Below are positions 41,195 to 50,442 of a stretch of DNA of 64,000 nt, piece by piece (the stretch's first letter is position 1; every line of letters begins with the position of its first letter). The position numbers and the translations under genes were made by a program. Source of the DNA: Candidatus Cloacimonadales bacterium (lineage in GTDB: Bacteria > Cloacimonadota > Cloacimonadia > Cloacimonadales > DAONDQ01); NCBI GenBank assembly GCA_963662275.1, contig OY759316.1:576001-640000 (forward strand), given 5' to 3'. Under the pieces are notes generated by a model. That model saw nothing but the letters and a program-made list of their open reading frames with translations. It had not been told where the DNA came from and did no database searches.

Positions 41195-41469
41195 GCCAAG
41201 AAAAAAAAGTAGTCAAAAAATAATGGAGGTGTTTAGATTGGTTCACTCGCCGGATGATGTAGTCATTAGGCACTAAGGCTTGTTTACAAGACCTTCTACC
41301 ATAGCTCATTATAGCACACCGGCGGGTATTATCTCAGATAGGATAAAGTAAGAATAGGATACCATCAGAAGGTAATCCAGTATATCAGCAAGATCGGGAT
41401 GTAGAACCAAGAGAGCTTTGATAAGTAATATTCGATTTAATCATAGAATTCAGATCGAAAATCAGCGTC

Positions 41470-41524
41470 TCTGGAACCCTGCAATGACGCTTCGGTACCC
41501 TACGCGTCATTGCAGGGTTCCAGA
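41470..41524. other. Perfect 21-bp hairpin in the IS110 downstream non-coding region
   Basis: TCTGGAACCCTGCAATGACGC-13 nt-GCGTCATTGCAGGGTTCCAGA. Confidence 0.85.
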
Positions 41525-41888
41525 AAGCCAAGTACTATGAATATATTATAATATATAACTATCTAACTATATCAGCTTAATGTGTCGTCTTCCAGACTTT
41601 TTTTGCAAAAACTTTAGGTGGTATTTTTGTTAGATCGTAAATCCAGTAAGGACTTCCTGGGCTAACAGAGTTACGTCCTGCGGACTGGTATTCTACAGAT
41701 TACCGCCTGAAGTCAGCGGTACAAGACAACCGGCTGAACCCGGAGCCACAGGATAAGAACCGTTTCTCACTTTTCCTACACATTCTCTTATCCCTCTCTT
41801 GAAGAAGAAGTTATAGACTAGAGAAAGAATCAAACTCTCCGACACTAAAGTGCCACCTCTCTTTATCCAAAGAGAGGAATGGTTCCCC

Positions 41889-41918
41889 CTGTACGCTGTA
41901 CGCTGTACGCTGTACGCT
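41889..41918. repeat. Heptamer tandem repeat (CTGTACG)x4
   Basis: Directly visible in sequence. Confidence 0.85.
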
Positions 41919-42000
41919 TCTGCCATCCTTTTCCTTGACAATGGTTTCATCTAATAAAATTTAAAGACAGAATACGAGTAACAAATAAGGAGTTAGAGGC

Positions 42001-44076
42001 ATGGATCAGCATCGAATTGCTTCACATCCGATTCTTAACGTGCCGGAGCGGGAAGATATTCCTTTTTACTGGAATAAGATTCTGCTTACGGCAAAAAAAG
42101 ACGAGATGATTTCATCTGCACTCATTGCTAATGGCATTCACGTGTTTGGTCATCATCATAAGGATGGTTCTGCACAAGGTATATTCTGTGCCAATGGGCA
42201 ATGTGCAAAATGTTCTGTTATTGCGAATGGGGTCATTGTTAAATCCTGCATGACAGCAGTGCAAAAGAACATGGTCGTGGAAAGCGCAGACGGATTACCG
42301 GATCTGATTGATCTTGGTGAAGTTCCTTCCACACAAGAAATTGAAGAACTGGAAACTGATATTCTGATCATCGGTGGTGGACCTTCGGGTCTGGCTGCTG
42401 CAATTCAACTTGGTAATCATAACCTGCATGCTTTATTGATTGATGATAAAAATGAACTCGGTGGAAAGTTGGTTCTTCAAACTCATAAGTTCTTCGGTTC
42501 GCAGGAAGATTCCTATGCCGGTACTCGAGGTATCGATATTGGCAAGCTCCTGGCGGATAAAGTGAATCAATTATCTACAATACAAGTCTGGATGAATAGC
42601 ACTGCTCTTTTCGTGTTCAGTGATAAGAAAGTCGGTATTTTGAAAGATGGTGTCTATAAAATTGTGAAAGCGAAAGTCATCCTGAATGCAGCCGGAGCAA
42701 GGGAGAAGTTCTTGCGCTTTACTGGCAACACATTGGCTGGTATTTACGGAGCAGGTGCCTTTCAAACTTTGGTCAATCGTGATCTTGTAAAACCTACGGA
42801 AAGATTATTCATCATCGGTGGGGGAAACGTGGGTCTGATTGCCGGTTATCATGCTTTACAAGCTGGTATTCAAGTCGTTGGACTGGCAGAAGCAATGCCG
42901 CAATGCGGTGGCTACAAAGTTCATGCAGATAAACTGGTACGTTTTGGTGTGCCGATCTATACATCTCATACGATCTTATCAGCGAACGGAAAAGAGTCAG
43001 TGGAATCAGTCACGATTGCAGAGATCGATAATAAATTCAAACCGATACCCGGTACGGAAAAGACATTTACTTGCGACACAATCCTGATAGCTGTGGGTCT
43101 TGATCCTTTAAGTGAATTCACGATTGAAGCAAACGAAGCCGGTATTCCCATCTATTCAGCAGGAGACGCACTTGAAATAGCGGAAGCTTCCTCAGCCATG
43201 TTCAATGGTAAGATCATGGGTCTCAAGATAGCAAAAGATCTGGGTGCTGAGGTGGAAGATATTCCGGATGAATGGTATCAGAAGGCAGAAGTCCTGAAAT
43301 CACATCCCGGTGGAATCTTCCCTTATCCTGAAATGACAGTGGAAGAAGGTGTCATGCCCATCATTCATTGCCTGCAGGAAATTCCCTGTAATCCTTGTAC
43401 GACTGTCTGTCCCACCATTTCCATCAATATTGAAGACGGAACTCTGATGGGTCTTCCCAAATATACGGGAAGCTGCATCGGCTGTAATAAATGCCTGCTG
43501 ATTTGTCCCGGACTGGCAATTACGCTAGTCGATTATCGGAAGGATAAAGAATTTCCGACCGTGACCATTGCTTATGAAATCAGCAATATGCCTGTGAAGG
43601 TCGGTGATTTTGTTGATCTTGTTGAAATTGAAGGCAATGATCTTGGCAAGGCGGAAGTGACAGTAGTTCTTCAGAATCCGAATGTTAAAATGCAATTGAT
43701 CAAGATGAAAGTTCCAAAAAATATAGCTAAACGTGTTGCTTCTTTCAGGGTACAGAATGTGGAAGTGACAAAGCCTTTGGCACATGCGATCATTTCCAAT
43801 CATACACCTGATGATTCAATGATATGTCTTTGTGAGCGTGTGACAGTTGGTGAAGTACGTAAACTGATTCGGGAAGGGATAACGGATTTAAACCAGATTA
43901 AGGCTGTTACCAGAACCGGCATGGGACCTTGCGGAGCAAAGACATGTGATGTGATGATTCGATCTTTATTCCGTGAAGAAGGTATTCCCTTTGAGGATGT
44001 GGTTCCCAACACGAAACGTCCTGTTTTCATTGAAGTTCCACTCGAAAAGTTCGCAGACCCGAAGAAGAAGGCTTAA
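42001..44076 (+). CDS. Sarcosine oxidase alpha/proline dehydrogenase-like fused subunit (2Fe-2S, FAD/NAD oxidoreductase, 2x4Fe-4S, BFD 2Fe-2S)
   Basis: FCANGQCAKC, IGGGPSG, GGGNVG, C.QEIPCNPC...CP, CIGCNKC...CPG, ICLCE, GMGPCGAKTC. Confidence 0.85.
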   Translation: MDQHRIASHPILNVPEREDIPFYWNKILLTAKKDEMISSALIANGIHVFGHHHKDGSAQGIFCANGQCAKCSVIANGVIVKSCMTAVQKNMVVESADGLPDLIDLGEVPSTQEIEELETDILIIGGGPSGLAAAIQLGNHNLHALLIDDKNELGGKLVLQTHKFFGSQEDSYAGTRGIDIGKLLADKVNQLSTIQVWMNSTALFVFSDKKVGILKDGVYKIVKAKVILNAAGAREKFLRFTGNTLAGIYGAGAFQTLVNRDLVKPTERLFIIGGGNVGLIAGYHALQAGIQVVGLAEAMPQCGGYKVHADKLVRFGVPIYTSHTILSANGKESVESVTIAEIDNKFKPIPGTEKTFTCDTILIAVGLDPLSEFTIEANEAGIPIYSAGDALEIAEASSAMFNGKIMGLKIAKDLGAEVEDIPDEWYQKAEVLKSHPGGIFPYPEMTVEEGVMPIIHCLQEIPCNPCTTVCPTISINIEDGTLMGLPKYTGSCIGCNKCLLICPGLAITLVDYRKDKEFPTVTIAYEISNMPVKVGDFVDLVEIEGNDLGKAEVTVVLQNPNVKMQLIKMKVPKNIAKRVASFRVQNVEVTKPLAHAIISNHTPDDSMICLCERVTVGEVRKLIREGITDLNQIKAVTRTGMGPCGAKTCDVMIRSLFREEGIPFEDVVPNTKRPVFIEVPLEKFADPKKKA

Positions 44077-44077
44077 C

Positions 44078-45235
44078 ATGAATAACAATAAATATGATGT
44101 GATCATAATCGGTGCTGGTTCAATTGGTGTTCCAACAGCCATGAACCTTGCTGAGAAGAAATTGAAAATCCTGGTAATTGAAGAACTTGCAGGTCCGGGA
44201 CAAGCAAACAATAAAAAGGCAATCGGTGGTGTACGCGCCACACATTCAGATTTTGGAAAGATCAGGACTTGCCTGCGAAGCATCGAAATCTTCTCCACCT
44301 GGAAAGATATGTATGGTGATGACTTGGGCTGGATGTCCAATGGTTACAGCTATCCTGCCTATAACGAAGCAGATGAAAAAAAACTCAAGGATTTGATGAA
44401 GATTCAGCTATCTTTTGGTGTAAACATCAAATGGGTATCTGCTGAGGAATACAATGAACTGGTGCCGGGGATTGAGATGAAAGGCTTGAGAGGTTCCACC
44501 TATTCCCCCGAAGACGGAAGCTGTTCTCCGTTATTGGCTGAATCTGCCTTCTATTTTAGAAGTAAGAGACTCGGAGTTGAATTCAAATTTCACGAATCAG
44601 TGACAGGTATGAAACTCGAAGCAGGTAAAATCGTGGAAGTTCAAACCAATAAAGGTTCCTATTCCTGTGCCCATGTTATAAATGCTTCAGGTAATAACGC
44701 CAATGTGATAGGGAAGATGGCTGGATTCGATTTACCTGTAACCCCTGATTGCCATGAAGCAGGTATTACAGAACCTGTGAAACAGTTCTTTGGTCCAATG
44801 GTCATTGATATGCGCAAGGCTCCCGGTTCTGCAAACTTCTATTTCTATCAGAATCATGAAGGACAGGTCGTATTCTGTATCACTCCTGAACCTCAGATCT
44901 GGGGAGTGGATAATCGTTCCACCTCTGAATTCCTTCCTATGTGTTCTGCACGTATGCTGCAAGTATATCCGCGACTGAGAAAACTGAAAGTAAGAAGAAC
45001 TTGGCGTGGTCAATATCCCATGACACCTGATGGTTTCCCCATTATAGGCACAACCAATGAAGTCCCAAATTATACAAATGCCGTCGGCATGTGTGGACAG
45101 GGCTTCATGCTCGGACCGGGTGCAGCAGAATTATTATCGCGCATTGTGACACATGATATGACAAAAGACGATCTTCACGTCTTGCAGAGTTTCGATCTAT
45201 ATCGTGATTTCACCGGTATGGAGGTGTTTAAGTAG
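44078..45235 (+). CDS. FAD-dependent oxidoreductase (DAO/sarcosine oxidase beta-like)
   Basis: YDVIIIGAGSIG, PMTPDGFPIIG, GMCGQGFMLGP; start ATG 44078. Confidence 0.88.
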   Translation: MNNNKYDVIIIGAGSIGVPTAMNLAEKKLKILVIEELAGPGQANNKKAIGGVRATHSDFGKIRTCLRSIEIFSTWKDMYGDDLGWMSNGYSYPAYNEADEKKLKDLMKIQLSFGVNIKWVSAEEYNELVPGIEMKGLRGSTYSPEDGSCSPLLAESAFYFRSKRLGVEFKFHESVTGMKLEAGKIVEVQTNKGSYSCAHVINASGNNANVIGKMAGFDLPVTPDCHEAGITEPVKQFFGPMVIDMRKAPGSANFYFYQNHEGQVVFCITPEPQIWGVDNRSTSEFLPMCSARMLQVYPRLRKLKVRRTWRGQYPMTPDGFPIIGTTNEVPNYTNAVGMCGQGFMLGPGAAELLSRIVTHDMTKDDLHVLQSFDLYRDFTGMEVFK

Positions 45236-45257
45236 GGATAAACCCACGTGTTTATCC
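45232..45257 (+). repeat. GTAG-type REP-like palindrome overlapping a stop codon
   Basis: GTAG-GGATAAAC-CCACGT-GTTTATCC. Confidence 0.6.
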
Positions 45258-45320
45258 TCTGAAAGTAGAGAAGAACTCCGTTCATGCATGATTTTCCAGG
45301 CTGGATAACACCCAATTTGT

Positions 45321-45346
45321 GAGACGCCCAAGTTGGGCGTCTCTAC
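45321..45346 (-). repeat. GTAG-type REP palindrome
   Basis: GTAGAGACGCCCAACTTGGGCGTCTC; near-identical copy at 46971-46996. Confidence 0.8.
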
Positions 45347-45360
45347 AGTAAAAATGATTC

Positions 45361-45864
45361 TTACTCGAATTGTTCCAGCATCTTCAGGATAGGAAGAGTT
45401 GTCATATTCTCTACGATCGAAAGAATAGTTTGCGTGATTCCATTCACACTAGCGACACCAGGAGCAAAGTAGATTGGACGGAAATTGTAGTGATCTGCTC
45501 CATGGTAGGTAGCCAGGACACAATATTCAGCAGCAATTCCAGATAAAATGAGGGTATCAATGCCCAGTTCATTCAATTTCTTTTCCAGTGGTGTTCCAAT
45601 GAATGCGCTGGAATGAGTTTTGGTGATGCGGATATCAGAATTTTCTATTATCAGGTTTGGATGCATTTCATAACCATCTGTCCCTGGTATGACTCCCTCT
45701 TTTTCTGAGTTGTGATAGATCACGATTATCGGCAATTTCTTTTGCCGGAAGTTTTTTGCCATGGCATTTATCTCAGTAATTGCATCAAGCATTTCCTGCT
45801 GCATTGAAGGATTATTTCGATAATAAATTTCCTGGAGATCAATAATCAATAAAGCAGGTTTCAT
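45361..45864 (-). CDS. Isochorismatase/cysteine hydrolase family protein
   Basis: ALLIIDLQ, KTHSSAFIGT.L, GIAAEYCVLAT. Confidence 0.9.
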   Translation of the reverse strand: MKPALLIIDLQEIYYRNNPSMQQEMLDAITEINAMAKNFRQKKLPIIVIYHNSEKEGVIPGTDGYEMHPNLIIENSDIRITKTHSSAFIGTPLEKKLNELGIDTLILSGIAAEYCVLATYHGADHYNFRPIYFAPGVASVNGITQTILSIVENMTTLPILKMLEQFE

Positions 45865-45895
45865 TTCATATTCCTTTGGTTATGATCTCCATGAT

Positions 45896-46843
45896 TTATG
45901 CCGGGATAATAGCATGGCAGAATTTATCATGATTATCTTCAATCCATTTTTCAGCAGACCAAGCTGCTGTAGCACCATCGCTTACAGCAGTGACAATCTG
46001 ACGGAGAACCTTTTTCCGGATATCACCTGCTGCATAGATACCAGGAATATTCGTATGCATGTATTCATCAGTGACCACAAACCCCTGTTCATCTAACTCA
46101 ACCCTGGATTCGAGCAATTGATTATTTGGTAGGATACCGACATATATGAAACATCCATGCACAGGTAATTCGGAGGTTTGTTCCGTAATTCTATTGTATA
46201 AAACTAAAGATTCGATCCGGTTCTCTCCTAATATTTCCAATGGAATGGTATTCCAAATGAATTCAATTTTTTCATTTATAAAAGCCCGTTCCTGGATGGT
46301 ATGAATAGCACGCAATTTATCTCGACGATGAATGATATACACTTTGCTGGCAAATTTCGTCAGGAACAAGGCTTCTTCTACTGCTGAATCACCACCACCG
46401 ATCACTGCAACGATCTTACCCCGGTATAAAGCTCCATCGCAGGTGGCACAATTGGAAACACCTCTCCCGATCAGTCTTTCTTCACCTGGGATTTTCAGGC
46501 GACGAGGATGTGCACCTGTGCAAAGGATGATGGCTTTTGCCTCATATATTCCTGACTCGGTCTCGATGATCTTGCATAAACCATCCATCGCAACAGCCAT
46601 TATTTCTTTTTCAATGATTTCCACACCGAACTTCTCTGCCTGTAATTGCATTTGCTCTATAAGTTTATAGCCTGATACGACATTCTCAAAACCTGGATAG
46701 TTTTCAACTTCAGTAGTCAGCATGATCTGACCACCAACGAGTCCCTTTTCGAAGATGGCAGTTTTCGATCCACCCCGTGCCGCATAAATACCAGCACTCA
46801 GACCTGCTGGTCCAGCGCCGATAATGATAATATCATATTTCAT
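45896..46843 (-). CDS. trxB: Thioredoxin-disulfide reductase
   Basis: IIGAGPAG, ENYPG, CATCDG, GGGDSAVEEA, AAGD. Confidence 0.95.
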   Translation of the reverse strand: MKYDIIIIGAGPAGLSAGIYAARGGSKTAIFEKGLVGGQIMLTTEVENYPGFENVVSGYKLIEQMQLQAEKFGVEIIEKEIMAVAMDGLCKIIETESGIYEAKAIILCTGAHPRRLKIPGEERLIGRGVSNCATCDGALYRGKIVAVIGGGDSAVEEALFLTKFASKVYIIHRRDKLRAIHTIQERAFINEKIEFIWNTIPLEILGENRIESLVLYNRITEQTSELPVHGCFIYVGILPNNQLLESRVELDEQGFVVTDEYMHTNIPGIYAAGDIRKKVLRQIVTAVSDGATAAWSAEKWIEDNHDKFCHAIIPA

Positions 46844-46970
46844 ATAGTCTCCGTGTTGTTTCTATATTCAATATATGCGATGATGTGTTGGTTGTCAACT
46901 TGTAAAGAAGTTACGAATTACAAATTGAAGAGAAGAGAAGAATAGAGTAAAGGGTGGAAGGACAAAAGAA

Positions 46971-46996
46971 GAGACGCCCCAATTGGGCGTCTCTAC
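46971..46996 (-). repeat. GTAG-type REP palindrome
   Basis: GTAGAGACGCCCAATTGGGGCGTCTC. Confidence 0.8.
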
Positions 46997-47007
46997 ATCC
47001 AGGAAAT

Positions 47008-48462
47008 TTATCCCATATTGAGTGTGAAATATCTATAAGTACCGTTACGGTCTTTCACATAAAGCAGGATGATTTTGTTGTCTGTTTTCTCGATATCTTT
47101 TTTAGCCTCTGTCAGTGCTTTATTGAATTCAGAGATGCTGTTAATCTCAGTATCATTAATTTGCATAATAACATCGCCAATACTTAGACCAGCTTTAGAT
47201 GCAGGAGAATTGGGTTCGATACGGGAAATAATGACCCCTTTATCACCAGTTACTTTAAGTGACTTAGCCGTTTGACTATCAAGAGATTCTATTGTAAGTC
47301 CGGTTGCAACGGAAGATTTACCACTTTCATCAGTCTTGGAAGCTACATCATCATCAGGATAGGCTTCCAGTTGAACAGAAAGATTCTTTTCCTGTTTATT
47401 TCGGATTATTTTCACAGGAACTGTAGAACCAACTTTACATTCAGCAACAGCGATACGGAATTTTGCTACCGAAGATACTGCAGTTCCGTTGAATTCTTCA
47501 ATAACATCTCCATTCTTGAGACCAGCTTTACTGGCAGGAGTATTCTCTTCAACCTTAGCAACAAGGACTCCGGCAATATCCGGTAGATTAAAGCTAGATC
47601 TCAGTTCAGGTGTAATTTCCTGGGGAGAAATTCCCATGTAAGCTCGAACTACTTTACCTGTTTTGATCAAGTCATCTGATACTTTTTTAGCAAGATTGAT
47701 AGGGATGGCGAATCCGATACCGTTATTTCCACCGCTTGGACTAGTAATGGCAGCGTTAATACCAATGACTTGACCTTTGATATTAATGAGAGGTCCGCCA
47801 CTATTTCCAGGATTGATGGCTGCATCGGTTTGAATATAATCCTGGTATATCGGAGAATCATTGCCAAAATTCAAATTGGCTCGCCCAATTGCCGAAATAA
47901 CACCCACGGTGACTGTTCGTTCCAGACCTTCATCAAAAGGATTACCAATAGCAATAGCCCAATCACCAATTTCCATACTGGATGAATCACCTAAGGGAAG
48001 AACTACGATCTTATCTTCCTTTTTTACTTTTACCTTGAGAACACCAACATCAGTCATTCTATCAGCACCAACAATCTCACCGGAATAGTTTGCTTTATCA
48101 GCTAAAGTAACTGTTATTGTACCATCTTTACCGGGAGCGATAACATGATTATTGGTTAAAATATAGATTTCCTGTTTCTCCTGATCATATCTAAAGATGA
48201 AACCAGAACCTCTATATACTGCCTGTTGTTGTTGTTGAGGCATTTCAGGGAAGAAGTACTTAAAGAAGTCATTGGGGTTTGAATTGTTTAAACCAGTTGT
48301 GATTTTTGCTTCAACTTTGATTTGGACAACACCATCGCGAACATTTTTAACGATACTAACAAATGGGCTTTGTCCATTATCGGTAACCGGTAGTGCCAAA
48401 ACTATAGCAGGGACCGCTAAAATTATGAAGCAGATGAGAGATATGAGTTTTACTCTTTTCAC
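47008..48462 (-). CDS. degP: Do/DegP-type serine endoprotease with two PDZ domains
   Basis: GSGF, TNNHV, IQTDAAINPGNSGGPL, two PASKAGL PDZ repeats; start GTG 48462 after GGAGG. Confidence 0.92.
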   Translation of the reverse strand: MKRVKLISLICFIILAVPAIVLALPVTDNGQSPFVSIVKNVRDGVVQIKVEAKITTGLNNSNPNDFFKYFFPEMPQQQQQAVYRGSGFIFRYDQEKQEIYILTNNHVIAPGKDGTITVTLADKANYSGEIVGADRMTDVGVLKVKVKKEDKIVVLPLGDSSSMEIGDWAIAIGNPFDEGLERTVTVGVISAIGRANLNFGNDSPIYQDYIQTDAAINPGNSGGPLINIKGQVIGINAAITSPSGGNNGIGFAIPINLAKKVSDDLIKTGKVVRAYMGISPQEITPELRSSFNLPDIAGVLVAKVEENTPASKAGLKNGDVIEEFNGTAVSSVAKFRIAVAECKVGSTVPVKIIRNKQEKNLSVQLEAYPDDDVASKTDESGKSSVATGLTIESLDSQTAKSLKVTGDKGVIISRIEPNSPASKAGLSIGDVIMQINDTEINSISEFNKALTEAKKDIEKTDNKIILLYVKDRNGTYRYFTLNMG

Positions 48463-48609
48463 TATTCCTCCAAAAATGAGTACGTCCATAATTTGAAAAG
48501 ATTTGCATTCTTCACAATGCCATATCAATTACTGCTTTGCCTAACCTCCTATCAGATTTTGGTTCAAAAAATACGGATAGATTCTTGTTGTCAAAGAAAA
48601 AATATTGAT

Positions 48610-49206
48610 TTATCGACTGAATGCATGAACATGATAACTGCCGATATTATCCACCCAATAAGTATTTTCAGGATCTATAGGGATAGAAATAATAACACGG
48701 GCAAACTGGACGGAAGGATGAAAAAATCCTGTAGAAAGGAGAATTTCCTGCCAGTAAGTAATCGTTTTTAACTTATTCATATAACTATCTTTTCTATTTC
48801 CGATTTTATCAAAAGTCCGAAAATACAAAGTCACAGGAGTTGCTGATGGTACCTTCGATCTAACATAACAACGATTAACATAAGCTGATCGATTATCAAC
48901 AGGGAAAGCTTCAGAGACAATGAGAATCTGCTGAGTTGGACCATCAATCTTGATGGACTTGTCTCCATTTTGAACAGAAAGGGAATCCCAGGAGATGATA
49001 TTTTGGAAATCTGCGTTGGAGAGAAATGTCCAATCTTTTGGAAGCTTTTTATCCGGTAAAAGAGGCATCTCGAAATCAGGATTGGAAATCAGGTTAGGTT
49101 TTCCAATGATATCTCGGTCATAGAATAACAGACTAGGTCCAAAGAAACAGCTAGTAAGACATATTAGTGCTGCTACAGTAAGACATGCTTTAAGAACAAA
49201 TTTCAT
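48610..49206 (-). CDS. Putative lipoprotein with CBM4/9-like galactose-binding fold
   Basis: Lipobox LTSC; NLISNPDFE; YWVDN. Confidence 0.6.
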   Translation of the reverse strand: MKFVLKACLTVAALICLTSCFFGPSLLFYDRDIIGKPNLISNPDFEMPLLPDKKLPKDWTFLSNADFQNIISWDSLSVQNGDKSIKIDGPTQQILIVSEAFPVDNRSAYVNRCYVRSKVPSATPVTLYFRTFDKIGNRKDSYMNKLKTITYWQEILLSTGFFHPSVQFARVIISIPIDPENTYWVDNIGSYHVHAFSR

Positions 49207-49221
49207 ATGTTTTCCCCTTCC

Positions 49222-50442
49222 TTACTTCATAAAGCCACGTTCTAACAGATATTTCATCACGATTCCCACTGCAAGAGAATTGATCAATAGGTTCGAACCA
49301 CCATAACTGATAAATGGCAAAGGAATACCAGTTGTGGGTACGATACCGATATTCATTCCAATATTAATAAAAATCTGGAATGAAAGGTAAGCTGTTATCC
49401 CCGCTGATGCAATTTTCCTTTCTCTTACATTCAGTTTTCCCAATGCAAGTGTAAGATGCCATAAGAACAAAAAAAATACAACTAATAAAATAGAGCTACC
49501 AACAAATCCGAATTCTTCACCAATAACGGAGAAAATAAAATCCGTATGATGCTCGGGCAGGAAGTTCATATTTTTCTGCGTCCCCAGAAGAAATCCTTTC
49601 CCAAGTATACCACCTGAACCAATCGCTATTTTCGCTTGAATGATCTGATAACCAGCTCCTAATGGATCAAGGGTCGGATCAAGAAAAGTTAGTATCCGAT
49701 TCTGCTGATACGTTTTCAATCCCTGCCAGATAAATGGTGTAATCAGCGAAATAAAGACATTGATGACAACCGCAACGGCAATTCCAACCCAAGATAAGCG
49801 GTATTGTACTAAAAGATAAATAAATAGCAAGATAAAAATTATAAATATTAATAAATAAAAGGAAGTGATGATGCTCAATATTGGACTTATCATTAAAAGA
49901 ATGTAAATAAAGGGAATATCAGCCGCCGCATATATGGCAAGTAAGCTGAACCAGAAAACGATCGTTGTTCCAAAATCTGGTTCAATAAGGATGAGCGATA
50001 CTGGCAAGAGTGTGAGGACGAAACCCTTCAGCATAATGGAAAGTTCACTGAGGTAAGGTTTTGATAAAGCCTTTGCCACAACTAGGATTGTGAATAGTTT
50101 AGCCATTTCAGATGGCTGGAAATGAAGGAAACCGAATTGGAACCATCTATGAGAACCATTGATTGCAGGTAAGAATAAAACAACGACTAATGTCAGCAAA
50201 CTAAAAATATAACCGGGAATGATGAGCAAATCGATAATGGCAAAAGGAATTCTAAATAACAAGTAAAGTGTCACAAGAACAAAGACAACAAAAATTGCCT
50301 GTTTCCACCAGAAGTTCTTGATATTGTAACTATCGCCAATCTTCGTTGTCGAAGCACTATATATAGCAAATACTCCTAAAAGAAGTAGGATTACAAGAAG
50401 AATGAACAAAGTCCAGTCGAAGTTCTTACTCTGTAAAAACAT
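49222..50442 (-). CDS. rodA: Rod shape-determining protein RodA
   Basis: FQPSEMAK, EPDFGT, GYQIIQ, LPEHHTDFIF, TGIPLPFISYGGS. Confidence 0.95.
   Translation of the reverse strand: MFLQSKNFDWTLFILLVILLLLGVFAIYSASTTKIGDSYNIKNFWWKQAIFVVFVLVTLYLLFRIPFAIIDLLIIPGYIFSLLTLVVVLFLPAINGSHRWFQFGFLHFQPSEMAKLFTILVVAKALSKPYLSELSIMLKGFVLTLLPVSLILIEPDFGTTIVFWFSLLAIYAAADIPFIYILLMISPILSIITSFYLLIFIIFILLFIYLLVQYRLSWVGIAVAVVINVFISLITPFIWQGLKTYQQNRILTFLDPTLDPLGAGYQIIQAKIAIGSGGILGKGFLLGTQKNMNFLPEHHTDFIFSVIGEEFGFVGSSILLVVFFLFLWHLTLALGKLNVRERKIASAGITAYLSFQIFINIGMNIGIVPTTGIPLPFISYGGSNLLINSLAVGIVMKYLLERGFMK

Larger units (their letters stand above)
39820..41575 (+). mobile_element. IS110-family element (ends approximate)
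   Basis: Transposase plus about 380 bp downstream non-coding segment; weak subterminal IR TAGATAG (39827-33)/CTATCTA (41559-65). Confidence 0.55.
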
